Shown: one piece after another, positions 40,148-54,128 of the stretch
How positions within the stretch are numbered: position 1 is the stretch's first letter
Layout of the letters: the number at the start of each line of letters is the position of its first letter
DNA from: Balanoglossus misakiensis
Lineage: Eukaryota > Animalia > Hemichordata
NCBI GenBank assembly: GCA_040954595.2
Contig: CM082581.2
Span: forward strand, 3,526,699-3,590,698
Direction of reading: 5' to 3'
DNA length: 64,000 nt
Program-made: the position numbers and the translations under genes
Notes under the pieces: generated by a model
What the model was told of the DNA's origin: nothing
What the model saw: only the letters and a program-made list of their open reading frames with translations
Database searches by the model: none

Positions 40148-43100
40148 ATGTCTTACAATCCAGAATTGAGTGCGCAAGGTCAGTTCGATTATCAAAATGC
40201 CAGCGGAGAAGTTTCCGAGACTGGGACCCCGGGAAAATTTCGATCATTGGATGTCGACGGCAGTGCTGCTGTTGAAAAGTTTGACCAGCTTTTCGATAAA
40301 GACGACGATGTTTTGGTGACGGAAAACCAGAATGGATCCGGCGAAGTGAGTGACAACGGGAAAGTAGATGCCCCAGAAATCGAGGAACCGGATGGACTAG
40401 GAGAAAAGCCGCAAACTAACGGGGATATCGAGCAAGGCGGGTTAGAAGTGGATGTTGAACATCTCGGCAAAGTACAAGTGCAACTTGAGGCCACTTCACC
40501 AACTGATGAGGAGGCCACTTCATCTTCACCAACTGATGTTGAGGCCGCTGAGGGGAAGGACGCCGAGACTCTCACGGAGGAACAGCGGCCGGGCGAGGCA
40601 CTGAAGGTAGGTGACGATGTTATTACACAAGAAGGCGAGGGTCCAGACCAGAGCGTTGGTGAAATTGAAATCCCTAAAGACGCCGAAAAGAACGAGATAG
40701 ATGTCGCTGTCGGGCCAGATACAGAGCCAACCGTTGAAAATGGCCAACAGGAGGACGAGGCCTCATCAAAGAAAGCCAAAAGAAGAAGTTTCTTGGAGTC
40801 GCTGCACTTCCCCAAATTTGATTTTCCACCCGGTCGGAAGCATCACAACATAGGCACGCAAACACCCACAACTGAAAAACAGAGAGAGAAAGAGATGAAA
40901 AAGGGGAAAGTCTTGAAGGAGAAGAAACCTAAAAAGAGTAAGGAGAAGCATAAGGATAAGAAGGGTGCCAAAGGTAAAGGAAAAGAGAAGAAAACTGAGC
41001 CAGAAGAAAAGCCAGAGAAAGAGGATGAAATCAAAGCTGATGATGGTGGACAAGTAGATGTTGATGTGAAAGTTGCCATTGTTGAAAAGGACAGTAAAGA
41101 GTCTGATGTAAGCAAAAGTGAAGACACGTCCAAGGATGATGATGAAATTAAAGATGAGGATGTGCCCAAGGAAGGTGAGAGGGAGGAGGTGGAGGAAGGA
41201 GAAGAGGAGGAAGATAAAGCACCAGATCTTGAATGGGATCTTGAGAAGGAGATAAGAATGGTCGAGGAGGAATTTTCCAAGATTGCCGAACTTCACGGTG
41301 ATGGAGAGGACGAGAAACCCCAGGAAGAAGACAAACCAAAACAAAACGAAGAAACCTCTGAAGAAACACCAACTGAGACACAAGAACAAGAACCCCAAGA
41401 ATTGGCTGAGAAAACGGAGGATCAGGAAAAAGAAGCCCCACAAGTTGTCGAGGTGTCCGCTGAAGTACAGCCACAACCTGCTAAGCCAGTGAAAGCGAAA
41501 CCAGCCAAACCCCGTAAAACTGTGATTGAGACCGGCCTTGTACTACAGCAAGTAGCAATGCCAACAGAACAACCACCAACTCAAATAAAGACAGTCGAAG
41601 CTCCCAAAATGCCAGAAGAAAATATTGAAACACCTGTTACTCCCGACGATACACCAGAAGAAGCAGACGTCCAGGTGAAACAAGAAGAAACTGTTGAAAC
41701 TCAAGTAACACCAGAAGAGCCAGTAGAAATACCAGTGTCAGCAGAAACAGAAGAAAAACCAGTTGTTGTACCGGAAGAGCCAGTCACACCAGAGCCAGAG
41801 GAGCCAGCCACGCCAGAGGAACCAGTTGAAAAACCATCAACACCAGAATTGGAAGAGAAACCAGTTGTTGTTCCAGAGGAGCCAATTACACTAGAGGCAG
41901 AGGAGCCAGTCATGCCAGCAGAACCAGAGGATAAGCCATCAACACCAGAATTAGAAGAAAAACCAGTTGTTGTACCAGAAGAGCCCGTCACACCAGCCGA
42001 ACTACAAGACAAACCATCAACGCCAGAATCAGAAGAAAAACCAGCCGAGCCCGAGAAGGAAACCAAAGTGTCATTTGATGCTGAGATAAAACCCGTGAAA
42101 ATTAAACCAAAACCCAAACGACCCAGAAGTGTGGTAGAGACAGGTCTTGTTGTGGTTCCTGTGGATGTGGCATCGACCGCAGAGGCAGCACAACCACCGA
42201 AGGATCAGACTGCATCTGTTTCTTCATTGAGCAGTTCTGACCATGATGCATCCAAGGAAGTTACTGAGCCTTCTGATGAGAAACACAAGAAGCCAGAGAA
42301 AAAGAAAAAGACGAAAGAAGTGAAAGAAAAGAAGAAGGAGAAAAAAGAAAAGAAGAAACCGGAAAAGGATAAACATGCCAAGGTCAAAGAAGAGAAAGAG
42401 AAAGCAAATGAGGAAAAAGAAGAAAAGAAGGAGGAACCTGAAAAAATAGAAAGTTTGAAAACAGAAAAGGAAACTGTTCATGTAGAGACGGTAACGGTTG
42501 TAGAAGTTCAGAGGGTAGAAAGCGCACCTGAACAAGCTGAGAAGAGAAAAAAGGAGGAGAAAGAGCCAAAAGAAAAGCCTAAGAAGAAGAAAGATGGACA
42601 AAAGAAAGAGAAAGCAAAGAAGAGAAAAGAAGATGGCACCGAGGAAGATGAAGACCACGGCAAGAGACGGAAAGAGGAAACCGACGGCAAAGCTGCAAAG
42701 AAGAAGAAAGAGAGATCACCATGGAAACTGCGACATAAGGGCAAGGCACGAACAAAGAGCGATTCAAGTGGAGAAAACATTGACATTGCTGTGACAAGTC
42801 CCACAAGTGATAGTCATGAAGAAATAGAAACAACCAAATCTGATGCTGACACCACAAGATCTGAAGGGGATGTATCAGACACGCGTCTAATGAGCGTAAG
42901 CACTCTGTCCAGTGAAGGGGATCGTACACCCACAGATGGGGGCTCCTTGCGTCCTCTAAGCCAAACTAGTGAGCCTGAGGGTGGGGATACATCCCCTCCT
43001 GTGAGTCCCTCTTCTACAGATTCCCCATTTGAAGACACCACCAAGAAAGATGTGATTGAAATCCGTCCCATCAGCCCAATTTCCACAACATCCGATGATT

Positions 43101-43154
43101 CAACACTTCGTCCATCAGGTGAAATCATTACTGAAGAGGAACTTAAAAAACCAG
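40148..43154 (+). CDS. Giant coding exon (1002 codons), E/K/P-rich and disordered; predicted N-terminus of the HSPA12-like protein
   Basis: 3-kb uninterrupted ORF with ATG at 40148 and strong phase-1 donor CAG|GTAAG at 43154. Candidate upstream acceptor TTTCCAG at 39754. Confidence 0.85.
41745..42050 (+). repeat. Coding tandem repeat EEKPVVVPEEP(V/I)T...KPSTPE, ~102-bp period, 3 units
   Basis: Visible in both DNA and translation. Confidence 0.85.
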
Positions 43155-44844
43155 GTAAGCATTTTACTAGATATGATTGAACAATTTGCTAAATCATTCA
43201 GAATCTCCTATATAATAACTGCGTATTTCAATTTGCTTTGCCATTTTTATCTACTAATAAACTGTAGTTTCTTGATCAACTCTATAAATGATAAGAAATT
43301 GTTCAGTATTTTGTTTTTCAGCACAACCCTTTTGTACATTTTGGTATTTAATGTTATTGTTGAAAATCAAATTAGACTTGAATTCATCTTTTGTCAACAA
43401 TAACAGGATGGCATCAACAACAGGGATTGTCCCCCTTTGCCTAAATACTTAGGGGAATTTTACTCTGGCAAAGGGGGACTGTAATATCTCAAATGGGTCA
43501 GTAACATCATTTTAAGGGGTGATGGTCACCCCTTGACAAATTGATAAGGCGTACCACCAATGGAGCTTTACTCTACTCTGTCTACAAGCATAGTTTGTTT
43601 ACATTTGCCCAGTATTTTCATGTTTCAAGTCAAACTGCATAGACAATTTTCCTATCAAACAAAATTGACTAAAAGTGGGTCAAAATTTAAAATGATTAGA
43701 AATTGTGGCATGTTTCATTTTTCAGCTTTTCTGAATTATGGTAAAAATCAACGAAACTAATTGATAAGAGTATGTAATTGTTGACTATTTAATTAATACT
43801 AAATGGTATTTGTATTATATCATATGTTAAGACCCCCCCCCCCCCTCCAAAAAAAAAAATACCAAGAAAATAGTCCAAAGTTAGAGTTTCTATAGTTTTA
43901 AGGCTAATATAAGGTCACAAGAATGTTAACTGTTTCATATCATGGGGAATAACGGGAATATTTAAGAACAGAGAAGTAAGAAGTTGTTCTGTTCATGTCA
44001 TGTGCATTCTGAGTAAAACAGTAAGCAAACTTCAGGAAAGAAATAATAAATTCAATCACCGGCTGGCAAAAGGTTGTTTTAATTTATGGAAATTCAGCGT
44101 TTTTTATGGACACTGGTTGCCTAGCATTATGGTGACCATCTCTGATCATACTCTGATGATGTCAACACGCATAGTTAAAGAATTCCAAGTACAGGCCACA
44201 TAAATATGACTCATCACCATCAGACTTATTTGGTCGTAGACTGAAACACTAGCCAGTACTGCCATTTAGGTCATCAGCACTCATTGACAACTCATTACTG
44301 CCTAAGTTGAAGGGAACATGTATGATGTCTGTGTTTAGTGGATTGATAGTAAAAAGACGTTTTCCTAGACTTGGGTTTTTGGAGAGATGCGTAGAAAATG
44401 TCAGTACAACTCAACTACAAGGGTGTGGTCAAAGTAATTCCTTGTTTAGCTAAACATTTTCTGGAAGGGTGTTGGGGTGTCAGTTGTGTACAGAGGCCAT
44501 ACTAGGATATTGTTTACTCTGATAAGTAGCTGAGCATTACAGGGAGTTTATACAGACTAGTGTCAAGTGGAGCTAGATAAACAGTTTGTTTAGTATGTGT
44601 AATTAATTTTTTTAGTTTATGTGAGTGATTAGATTTGGATAATTGGTCCCTGACTGTGTGGTGCATTTTCAGATGTGTATTTGGACTGTGATATTATTAT
44701 AGCTAACAAGTTAATTTGTAAACAAAAGTATTAAATTTGTTGACCTTTTGTTTTTGATTGACTTGGCAGTGGCCTTTTTTTGACTGCACAAATCGGGACA
44801 TGCAAGGCACTTTTAATTTGGAAGATTGCCAGTTCTGTAGAATA

Positions 44845-45053
44845 CTGTAAAACGGGTTATTTTCGCGAAAGGAAATTTTCGCGATATCAAAAGAGGCAAA
44901 TGGTACGTGAGGATTAATTTTGGCGTTCTTGTATTTCACTTACTGCGTTGTTATCTCTGAAAAACATTTTACGCGACTTATTATTTTCACGTTTTTTTGG
45001 CTCTCGCGTATTTCGTGAACATTTATTGCTCACGAAAATAACCCGTTTTACAG
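44845..45053. mobile_element. Tc1/mariner-type MITE (CTGTAAAA family)
   Basis: TA-CTGTAAAACGGGTTATTTTCG...CGAAAATAACCCGTTTTACAG-TA. Confidence 0.8.
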
Positions 45054-47084
45054 TATATTTGATCCTTTGCAAACACAGCTATTGTCCCAGACTACAGTAG
45101 ATTTAATCAAGTGTCGGCTTCATCCATGTTCTAGTATTTGATAGGGTGGAAATTAAATTTACAACAAACAGGTAATGTGATAGTGTTGGTGTCTCAAATA
45201 ACATTAGCCATGATTATTAGTAACACATAACTTGTGCAAAAATTCAGCACATTCCATCCCACTGTCTCCCATCATCTGTCATTAAAAAACTCAAAACATA
45301 CTAAAAACTACAGAAAATAATGTATCACTTTCAGTCTATCTACATCCGATATTTTTGTGCATTTGGAAATTTACATTGAACTTGTCTGATAATGATATGT
45401 CCCATATGATGGCCACTACAGTGAATTAGTTTTCAAACAAATGGAGACATTATTAATGTCTGTCAGTTTGGTTGGATGTAAATTTTTGTTGTGGAAAGAT
45501 GGCTCTCATGTTTGATTGTCATCACTTGATCTCCTAATGAACAGTTATTGAAAGCTTTGAAGTGGAGATACCAAAGGCTTATGTGATGCTAAAATTATAT
45601 TGAGTTGTGGTATTATTACTTAAATATGGATGTGGGGGTTAATCTCTGACCTGTCCATTTTCTCAAAAGAATTTTTTATTTTGACATTTTTTTGTCATTT
45701 TGGACAAATTTGGGTAGAATTTTACAGGTGATAGGGAGGACTTTTTGTATTTAAAGTATTTTTATAGGGTATCTTTCTTTAATGTTACAATTCTTAATAC
45801 TCGTGTACAAGTATTTTTTCTGTGTGAACACTTCAATTATGATCACACAAATAACAGTAAACGAGACTGCTTTTCCAAATTTACCGTCATCTTATTACTT
45901 TTCGCAGTGAAGTCCTTTATCTGATGTATCTGTCTTATAAAACACATCAATCCTGCAGAACTCGGCTTAGCTCCTCTGTTCATTTTACAGTAATAAGTTT
46001 GTTTTCTTATAAGCAGACTAATATAGTTAATTAACAGAGGATATGGAAGACATTAATAAGAGAAGCATCCTTTCCTGAAAATTTAGATCTTTTTTATAAG
46101 CTGATCACAAAATCTTTTAAAGTTTCATAACGAAAAAGTTGCTGTTGATATTCATCTTTTTTAAAAAAAGTTTCTTTGCCCAGATAGGCTTATCCATGCT
46201 AGAACCTCTGAATAGGTATGCTACTGGTACATGGACATTTATAAGACCTGAGACATTTAAAAATAAATCTGTGCACATTTGCATGTCCGTAACATCACTG
46301 GCAAACATGATTAAAACTGTGTTCTATGCTGATGATTCTAAAACTTTCCTAAGCAACTGTTACATAACATTTAGAGTCTTTTGGTATGGCTTAAGACTTC
46401 TTTTGATAAAAATGTTTTGTTTAATTGCCTTCACAATATTTCCATAAACCTACCAGCAAGTCAGAAAAAATAACAAACAGGAAAAAGGTATGGCATACAA
46501 ATAATATTTTCTGATTTTCTAACATTCATTTGTGAATTGTAGTACATTTTTAATGTGTATGTTTTTCCTCTTTTTTCATGAAAACTTCCTACCCCATTGT
46601 CAAAAATATAATTAATCTTACTTGTGCCAGTGTACATGTGTGGTTTACAATTAGTGATTACATGGTTACAATGGTTGGTAAGACAGATTGTAATACTGTA
46701 CTGTAAAATAGTACTCTGCTCGACAGCAGTTTACAATTCCTGAATCAAAATATTCCTGTTTGGTCTGTGAGGACATTGCAACACCAAAATATTTATTGAA
46801 TGTTTGACCAGCTTATTTCCTAATTAAATTCTTTGAAATTCAAAAAGCGTTTTTTTTGAATACGGTATTTCTTTAATTTTGCCAAACTTAAGCAGGGTTT
46901 CCATGGATACAAATGTGCATCAATGACTGAGTGACCAGATAATGTAAAGTTATGGCTGATAGTTTCCAGGTTGGTGCCATCTGTTGAGACAAGTCTGATG
47001 TAACTGTCTCTGTTATTGTGAGTGAAGGGCACCATGTTGGCAACATCATACACTTACATTGTCCCTCGACAGTCCAAGCAGAGT

Positions 47085-47399
47085 AAAATCAGATGTAGGG
47101 TACGCCGACGTCTTTTACTTCGCGGTATGGTATTCTTATGCTGTCGCCTCCCACTACATCTGACGAACTCCCATACATAGTAACTCCATTGAAAATCTCT
47201 GGCTTTACTGGGCCAGTAAACCAATCAGATGGCGCCTTATAGGGAACGATAGGTATCCTTCAGTGCAATCTGATTGGCCTGGTCGGAGCAGGTTGAATGG
47301 GACCTTCTATGGGAGTTGGTCGGATATAGTGTGTGAGGCGACAGCATAGTACACCATACCGTGAAGTAAAAGACGTCGCTGTACCCTACATCTGATTTT
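47085..47399. mobile_element. Foldback element with ~90-bp TIRs
   Basis: AAAATCAGATGTAGGGTAC..CGACGTCTTTTACTTC.CGGTATGGT mirrored at ~47305-47399. Related end at ~36178-36214. Confidence 0.75.
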
Positions 47400-50300
47400 G
47401 ATCAGATTAGATACAGTCCAATATGGTAGCGTTTGGGGGATTTTGACAAATGCAAATTGACGTACACACTGTTTTTGGTAGGGTTGGCTGATGATTTCTG
47501 AATACTGGTAACACTTCTGCTACCCATTAATATGATTGCATTGACATATAATAAGGGGACCCCAGTGAAATGATTGAAGAACCAGGAACCCAAGCAAACT
47601 TTACCCAGGTACTGTCACCTTGAACAGAAACACTGTGACACTGTGTATGTCTATACTTATAAGTAGTGCCATACTTTGAAGCCACCAAACATTGCAGTGC
47701 ATATAACAACATTATACAAACTAATTCAGATAATTTCAAGTGATGACAAATTTGTCCCTTGATGTTGTTATTTATACCGGATGTACAGTGTCAATACCAT
47801 CTTGCGTGCTTGTACCTTTTGTCTTCAAAAGAAATGCTAAGTGATTTTAAACTCGCACCAGCTGTTACAAATAAACATCTAGTGAAAAATTCAGTGCCAC
47901 CTAAAAAAATTGTGACAAAGTTTGTTGGTGGCACGAGAGAGCTTAAACTTTCCTACATAAAAGTATTATTAACAAATTCTGTAATATAGTTTCTGAACAT
48001 TATTAGATGAATGATCAACAAATATCGTGGATGTTCAACTGGGGGGGGGGGGGGGGAGGGGAGGAGTGTTCTTCTTTTGGGACGCTGCCAAAATAAGCAG
48101 CTGGTTGGTTTCATAGTTTTTCCAATTTATTTACCCTTTGAAAGTGTATCATATGACCCAGACAGTGTCCTGTGAAAAGACTGAAAATGTATTGCTTGCC
48201 ACTGAGAAATATGACAAACAACTCAGCCTTTGTGCTCATTTAGTTGTTTTTCTTGAGAATACACTATATGATGCACTTAAGCATTTGTGTTTTAAATTCA
48301 AGTCCTACCAATGCTATGAGTTGCCGAATACTTGCGACAAATGTGATCATAAATGTTATAGACACAATTTTCAAGACAGTTTCACGCTCTGTACTTTTAA
48401 GGCATGCGTCTATTGTGGATGGCACGTTTCTGTGTTCACACATGGAAGTCATTGTCGTTATTCGTAAATTGTCGCAATCTGTCTTGGTGAAATGGTGGTT
48501 CGGATAATTTGATGCTGTCCTGTCTACTCTATTTGTTTTTTGTTTTGTTCAATCAGTGGCATAATTGTGACATTCTCCTCAAATACATCCACGTTTGCTC
48601 ATTTTGTAATCATTTTAATCCAATTGCAGTTATCCCCAAACCGTCCCAACTGTGTGTTGTGTAGCTGCTCAGCTGGCTATATGTGGCAGAACAGCTGATC
48701 TGATTGTAACCAAATTTAATCCATAGATTTTAAATTGATGAATTTTTCATCAGTGACTAGGCATGAACTGTCATGTAACTTTTCATAATCACATGCTTTT
48801 TTGTTAAAGACATTTTGGTGAAGTAGTTTTGGTAGTTTTTAAACATGGGAACACATTTATTTTTCAACTTGATTATTTTGTGTGTGAGTGACCATGTAGT
48901 GATGATGCACACTGAACTCCTCTGGTTACTGAATTTTCAACAAGGATTGCCAGACGAGTATATTCAAATATTTGGCCCCAAGAGCTTCTGCAACCACACA
49001 ACATTTTGTAAAGAAGTGTGATTTTATTATTGTTAGAGTTTCTGATAGGAAATACGAATACCACAGAAGTAATTATTTCAACTGACATATTTGTCTGATA
49101 AAAATACAAAAGCAATGTTACAGAGATGTGTCCTTTGAGAATGTTGTAGTATCTCCAGATATTCATGAGAAAAGAATTTGTGGGTTTTGAAGTGAAAATT
49201 TCTGCTGATGGTGATCAAATAACATCAGTGCTATTTAATTTCAAGAAAAATGGTATCTGATTGCAGTGTTATAACAGATACTATTTATTGAGATGTTAAT
49301 TCACACAAGTCTGATGGAAAGGGTGTTTGGCTACACAACCACACTCCCAGCGCTAAAACTATAAACATACTTTAAAAACTTTCTTGTGGCACCTTGTTTA
49401 CCAGATGTACTTCAGAGTTCATGACACTTGGAAAATGTAGCTGTATCCATGACTCAAAAAACACAGAGAGATACAGCCAGGCCTAGCAGCTATGAGGAAC
49501 TAGCATCAGTTTAATGTATTATTTGAGCCACTTGTTTTAAATGTGTACATGTATTAAGTTTCTTTTGCCTTTGGAAATACCGAGTCTTAGGAGAGGTAAT
49601 AGGGCATCAGGTCCATTCTTCGCTAGAAATCCATGCTTCTCACATTTCATTCAATCCCTGAAATAACTTTTATTATAATTGTTTAAACCCATCAAAGACA
49701 ATCTAATTTGTATGTGGTTCGAGTCGACTGGTGCCATCATTTTGACAACACTTGAATTACTGACAAAAAGCCTGCATTCAATTAAGCAATGTTGGTTGGT
49801 CTCAAATTGACCAGGAATCAAAACTAGTGGAGTCATCATCACGCTGCTATGTTTTGAACCCGCCCTGTTTCTTTGATATTGTTATGATCGAAACTTAGTT
49901 GAACTATATACACCTGCTGAGTTTTAGTCATCATTGAAATTGACACCATCAAGGCATTCCGTCTTTATGCTGAAAATGAATTTATGGGTCTATTGAGTAT
50001 TTCCGTCTTTTTCGAAATCTCTTTTGTTGTGTCTGCATGGGCAAATCTGAGTGTTAAGAAGGTAGAACTTGACGTTTATCTGCTACATCAAAAGGAATAT
50101 ATATAAAAGTACATCTGTATGATCTGAGAAAGTGGTCACAGTGAACAATTTATAGAATCATTCTATGGAAGTGTTTTCCCCCTCAAAACCATGCAGTAGA
50201 GACAAAATGTAGAAATTTGACTGAGTTCGATCTGCCAGTTTTGTAAAAACTACTGTTACAGTGATCTGTTGATGAATGAATCTGAAGACTGAAAATTAAA

Positions 50301-51099
50301 AGGTATTACTGGAGAACATGACTGAAAGTCAACATTTCTGCAAATCACGACAATTAATATTGCTCGTTCAGAATCAAATGTGAGTCAGAGTCAAACGTGA
50401 TGTCCAGAGGGGAACTTGTGTAGTTGTGCAGTTCTGTTGATATCAGTGAAGATTTTGTTAATGTTATTTTCTGTTGAATGATGTCTGCGGTGAAATGTGT
50501 GCAGAGAGCAGAATGGGTGTGGTGGTCTTGTAGGGATGTGATTTGATGGTCGTTAGAAATTATGGGTGTGGGTAACCTAGAGATCAAGGAGTCTGAATTG
50601 GTCTGTCAGTCAACAGAAGTTGACTTGCAGGGGATAGGTTGCGCTGAAGTCTAGAATCCAGACTTGTGTGTGTGTGTTTTTTCTCTTTGCTCATTCCACA
50701 CACAGTCTAGCATTTTGGTCTTCATTTTTGAAATGCTGGTAGTTTTGCGTTTAGCATGTAAAAAAACTCTAGCAATGGCAACTCTGGTCATTGATACTGA
50801 GCAACACCCCCTGCTCATTAATTCAGCCAATCAGTAGTCAGTGTGTTTGCTAAGGTTGGGGAACATTTGTATGGATATGGGAACCCCGGTAACATTTCTA
50901 CAACCCCCTAATATAACTACATACACCCAGGGGAACCCCGGTAAAATGACTGGGGAACTCTGGTAGATTTTAGCTAGGTACCGCCCTTAACAAAAACACT
51001 GTGAAGTAGATCAGGTTATAATTGGCTTCTAAGAGGTCATGCTCAAGATCACATCATGGTGAGCAGTACGTGACCTGAGTTGCCAATGTCAAACTTCCT

Positions 51100-51593
51100 T
51101 AGTCAAGTTTGTTCAAATTGGGGGGAAATTTACATATTTGTATTTTTGGGCAATTTTTCCCAGTTTTGGCCAAAAATCATTTTCTCTGAACCTGCTTGTC
51201 TGATTGCTTTGAAATTTGTTATGCAGGTTCCAAAGATGACATAATCGTCAGAAAGTGCTGATATATGCAGGACTGGATTCTGGGGGTATATTTTGCCATT
51301 TTTTGTCAAAATATCAAAAATCTTTTTCTTTGAAATTACTTGTGCCATAGCTTTGAAATTTTGTATGCTACTTCTTAGGGATGACCTTAGTGAAGTTCTG
51401 CTGAAATTTGCATATTTGTATTTTTGGATCAATTGTTATTTTTCGTAAAAAAAACAACCTCAGAAATCAAATAGCTAATGTCATATACTATAGTACTTTA
51501 AAATTTGGTGCACAATTTAATACTGAAGCAGTTATCTTGTTTATAATGTTAAGTATGGCAACGGAACTGTGTCGACCATTGGGTCGCTTGTTT
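51100..51593. repeat. Degenerate interspersed repeat, possibly non-autonomous Helentron-type
   Basis: Internal ~140-bp subrepeats (GCTTTGAAATTT..TATGC). End motif CGACCATTGGGTCGCTTGTTT. Confidence 0.4.
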
Positions 51594-53676
51594 CAAAGTA
51601 GATTGCAAACAAGACTAAACAGTATATTAGTGATGATATACCATGAACATCAAATTTATATGAAGTGTTGTGTCTTTGTCACCTAACACTTATTACAGAT
51701 CATTTAATTTTATGCTGTGCAGTCAATCCTCTGAGTTCATATCATTCAAATGTCAGTATTAATATTTATTAGAAAAGCATCAGGAGGATTTTGATGACAG
51801 CATTTGGTTTTATTGTACTCTGTTGTTTGTGAATTTTGTGAAATTCAAAGGTCATCCTCTGTCATGACCTGGTGTCATTAGGTCTTCACAAACTTTCAAC
51901 TGTGATCGGTGGTGTTACTTAGCTATGAAAGCTGGTGAAACACCCACTTTCTTCATATGTCCTATTTTAAGCTACTGTTTGGTAGAAGTCTTTACCAAGG
52001 ATAGCTCGTGAGATCAGTCTGCATCCAATGTCTGTGTGTATGTTTCTAAGCACAGAGCATTCCTTTGAGGTGAGCCCATTTGAGTGCTGCTCACACAAAT
52101 CAGTTGATACAAACAATTTAATACTACTAATTGTGATTTTCTCATTTCACTTATAGCAATACAAGGAGGAGATGTCATTTGATCAAAAACAAAATGAGAA
52201 GTCATTGTGTTGTTAATTGCAAGTGATACTAATTTACTCACAGAAATAGTATTCCTGATTGAATACATTTCACTTTCTCTATACTTGTCACTGTGTTGCA
52301 GAATGTTACCCGACATGATATTCACTGACTTGTCATATGACGTGAATATTCGTGCAGTTTTAATGCAGAACCCCAGAGTGCTATTAAAGAATGACATGCA
52401 GTGAACTGTCCTGACATTGCACGTTTCTCATGGCCTTCAAGAATTAAGACGTTGCAGGATGTTCAACCTTTCCCATGCTCCTAGTTTATGATGTATTTAC
52501 AATATTTAGCAGTCTGTATGTTTCAAAAAGTAGAAGTAAGATAGTTGTTTGTTGCTGCTGCTGGTGGTGGGAGTGTATAAAGTGTGTACATCAAAAAAAC
52601 TTTCCTTTGACATGGATGAAGGCATATGTCTGCCCGTCTGTATATACATTGTGTGTGTGTGTGTGTATGTGTGTGTGTATGTTTTTATGGACATATGACA
52701 GAACTGCATGACTTCTGTGTATGTGATGATGAGTGCCATACAGAAGTTGTTTTCATGAGTAATGCAATGCATTCTGTGGCAGTACCTTCACGAGCGCAGC
52801 AAGTGAAATTACTGCCGGAGAAAGAAGCTGATGCCAGGGCTCCCACTACAGTGGTGAAAACAGCAGTGAAATTTTCCAAGTAGCCCATAGGGTTATTATT
52901 AATAAAATATTTTATTAAGGGTTTTGATGAAGCGACTGCCTTTATATAATGAGAGATAACATTTATTGAATTTCATATCACTTGAAACTTATGGCAAAGT
53001 AAGCCATTGAAGTTATTAAATCAAAGAGAATTTGATATTTTCATTTTCTTGTAAATGGTGTCATGGATTCATAGTCAGTGTCATTATATTTGAGTATCCG
53101 AGCACTGACTGTGTGGTGTCATCCTTTGGCCTTTCAGTGTGTGCTCATTACCCTAGTGTGAACTGGGGACGTTGGTTCTGTCATGAACTTTTGAAAAACT
53201 AATTCCCACTTGATATGCTGTGTCAGTTTGGAATATTGATTTCTTGTGTTTTGATGGACACCCACAGAGATGTTGTGTACTGGAGCATATTTGATACACT
53301 ATCAACTATGACATTTGTGTTATAGTATTAGTCTCTATTAGTAAGTACTTTTGATAAAACAAACGTCTGAGTGGGGAGGACCCCTTCATTCTCAAAAGGT
53401 TAACAAACTTTTGATATCGGCCGAGTCCAGTGATGACTTCAAACAAGGTTTTTTTGTGAGCCTGAAAGTGTACATAATTCTTGAAGATTAGTAGATATGC
53501 ATCTATTTAGGTAACATACAAGATATCAATCACGTTGATATGCAAAGTGTACATTCTGATAGCCACTCTGGAAAAAAGTATTATATTATTTGCTATTTGA
53601 AAAGTTCAAATTTGTCTTCATTTGGAGGAGGCCTAAAAATTATTTTGATTTTCATGAATTTTATTTTCTCTTCTAG

Positions 53677-54128
53677 CACCTAAAGACAAAGGTTTCAAAT
53701 TCCGGACTTTTCCAAGATCCAGCACCCCAAAGAAACCCAAGAGAAAAGACCGTGGCTCTCAACGGCGAAGTTTAGATGCTGAAGATGTGGACAGCTACAT
53801 CGTTGAAGGTTCTATGCCTGTACACCTTCCAGAGCCTGCCTCCAAAAACTACAGGGTGGTGGTGGCCATAGACTTTGGTACGACCTTCAGCGGCTATGCC
53901 TACAGCTTCACCAATGATTCTGAAATCATTCACATCATGCGCAAATGGGAAGGTGGTGATCCTGGCGTCTCCAACATGAAAACACCCACAACCCTGCTGT
54001 TAACATCCGATGGACATTTCCATTCCTTTGGATTTACTGCCAGAGATTTCTACCACGATCTGAATTACAGTGATTCAAAGAAGTGGCTTTACTTTGACAA
54101 GTTCAAGATGACTTTGCACTCAAGTCAG
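53677..54128 (+). CDS. HSPA12: HSPA12-family (Hsp70 12A/12B-like) exon encoding the start of the nucleotide-binding domain; gene continues beyond this exon
   Basis: [18 protein letters not shown]...[23 protein letters not shown]...[15 protein letters not shown]...WLYFDKFKM is the HSPA12 signature. Acceptor TTCTAG at 53676, donor CAG|GTAAG at 54128. Confidence 0.93.

Noticed and set aside
40192-43128. Many long minus-strand ORFs rich in F/S/L
   Set aside because: Antisense shadows of the low-complexity E/K-rich exon.
52689-52883. Possible alternative first exon of HSPA12 (MTELHDFC...)
   Set aside because: No convincing phase-1 donor, and it sits next to a TG microsatellite.
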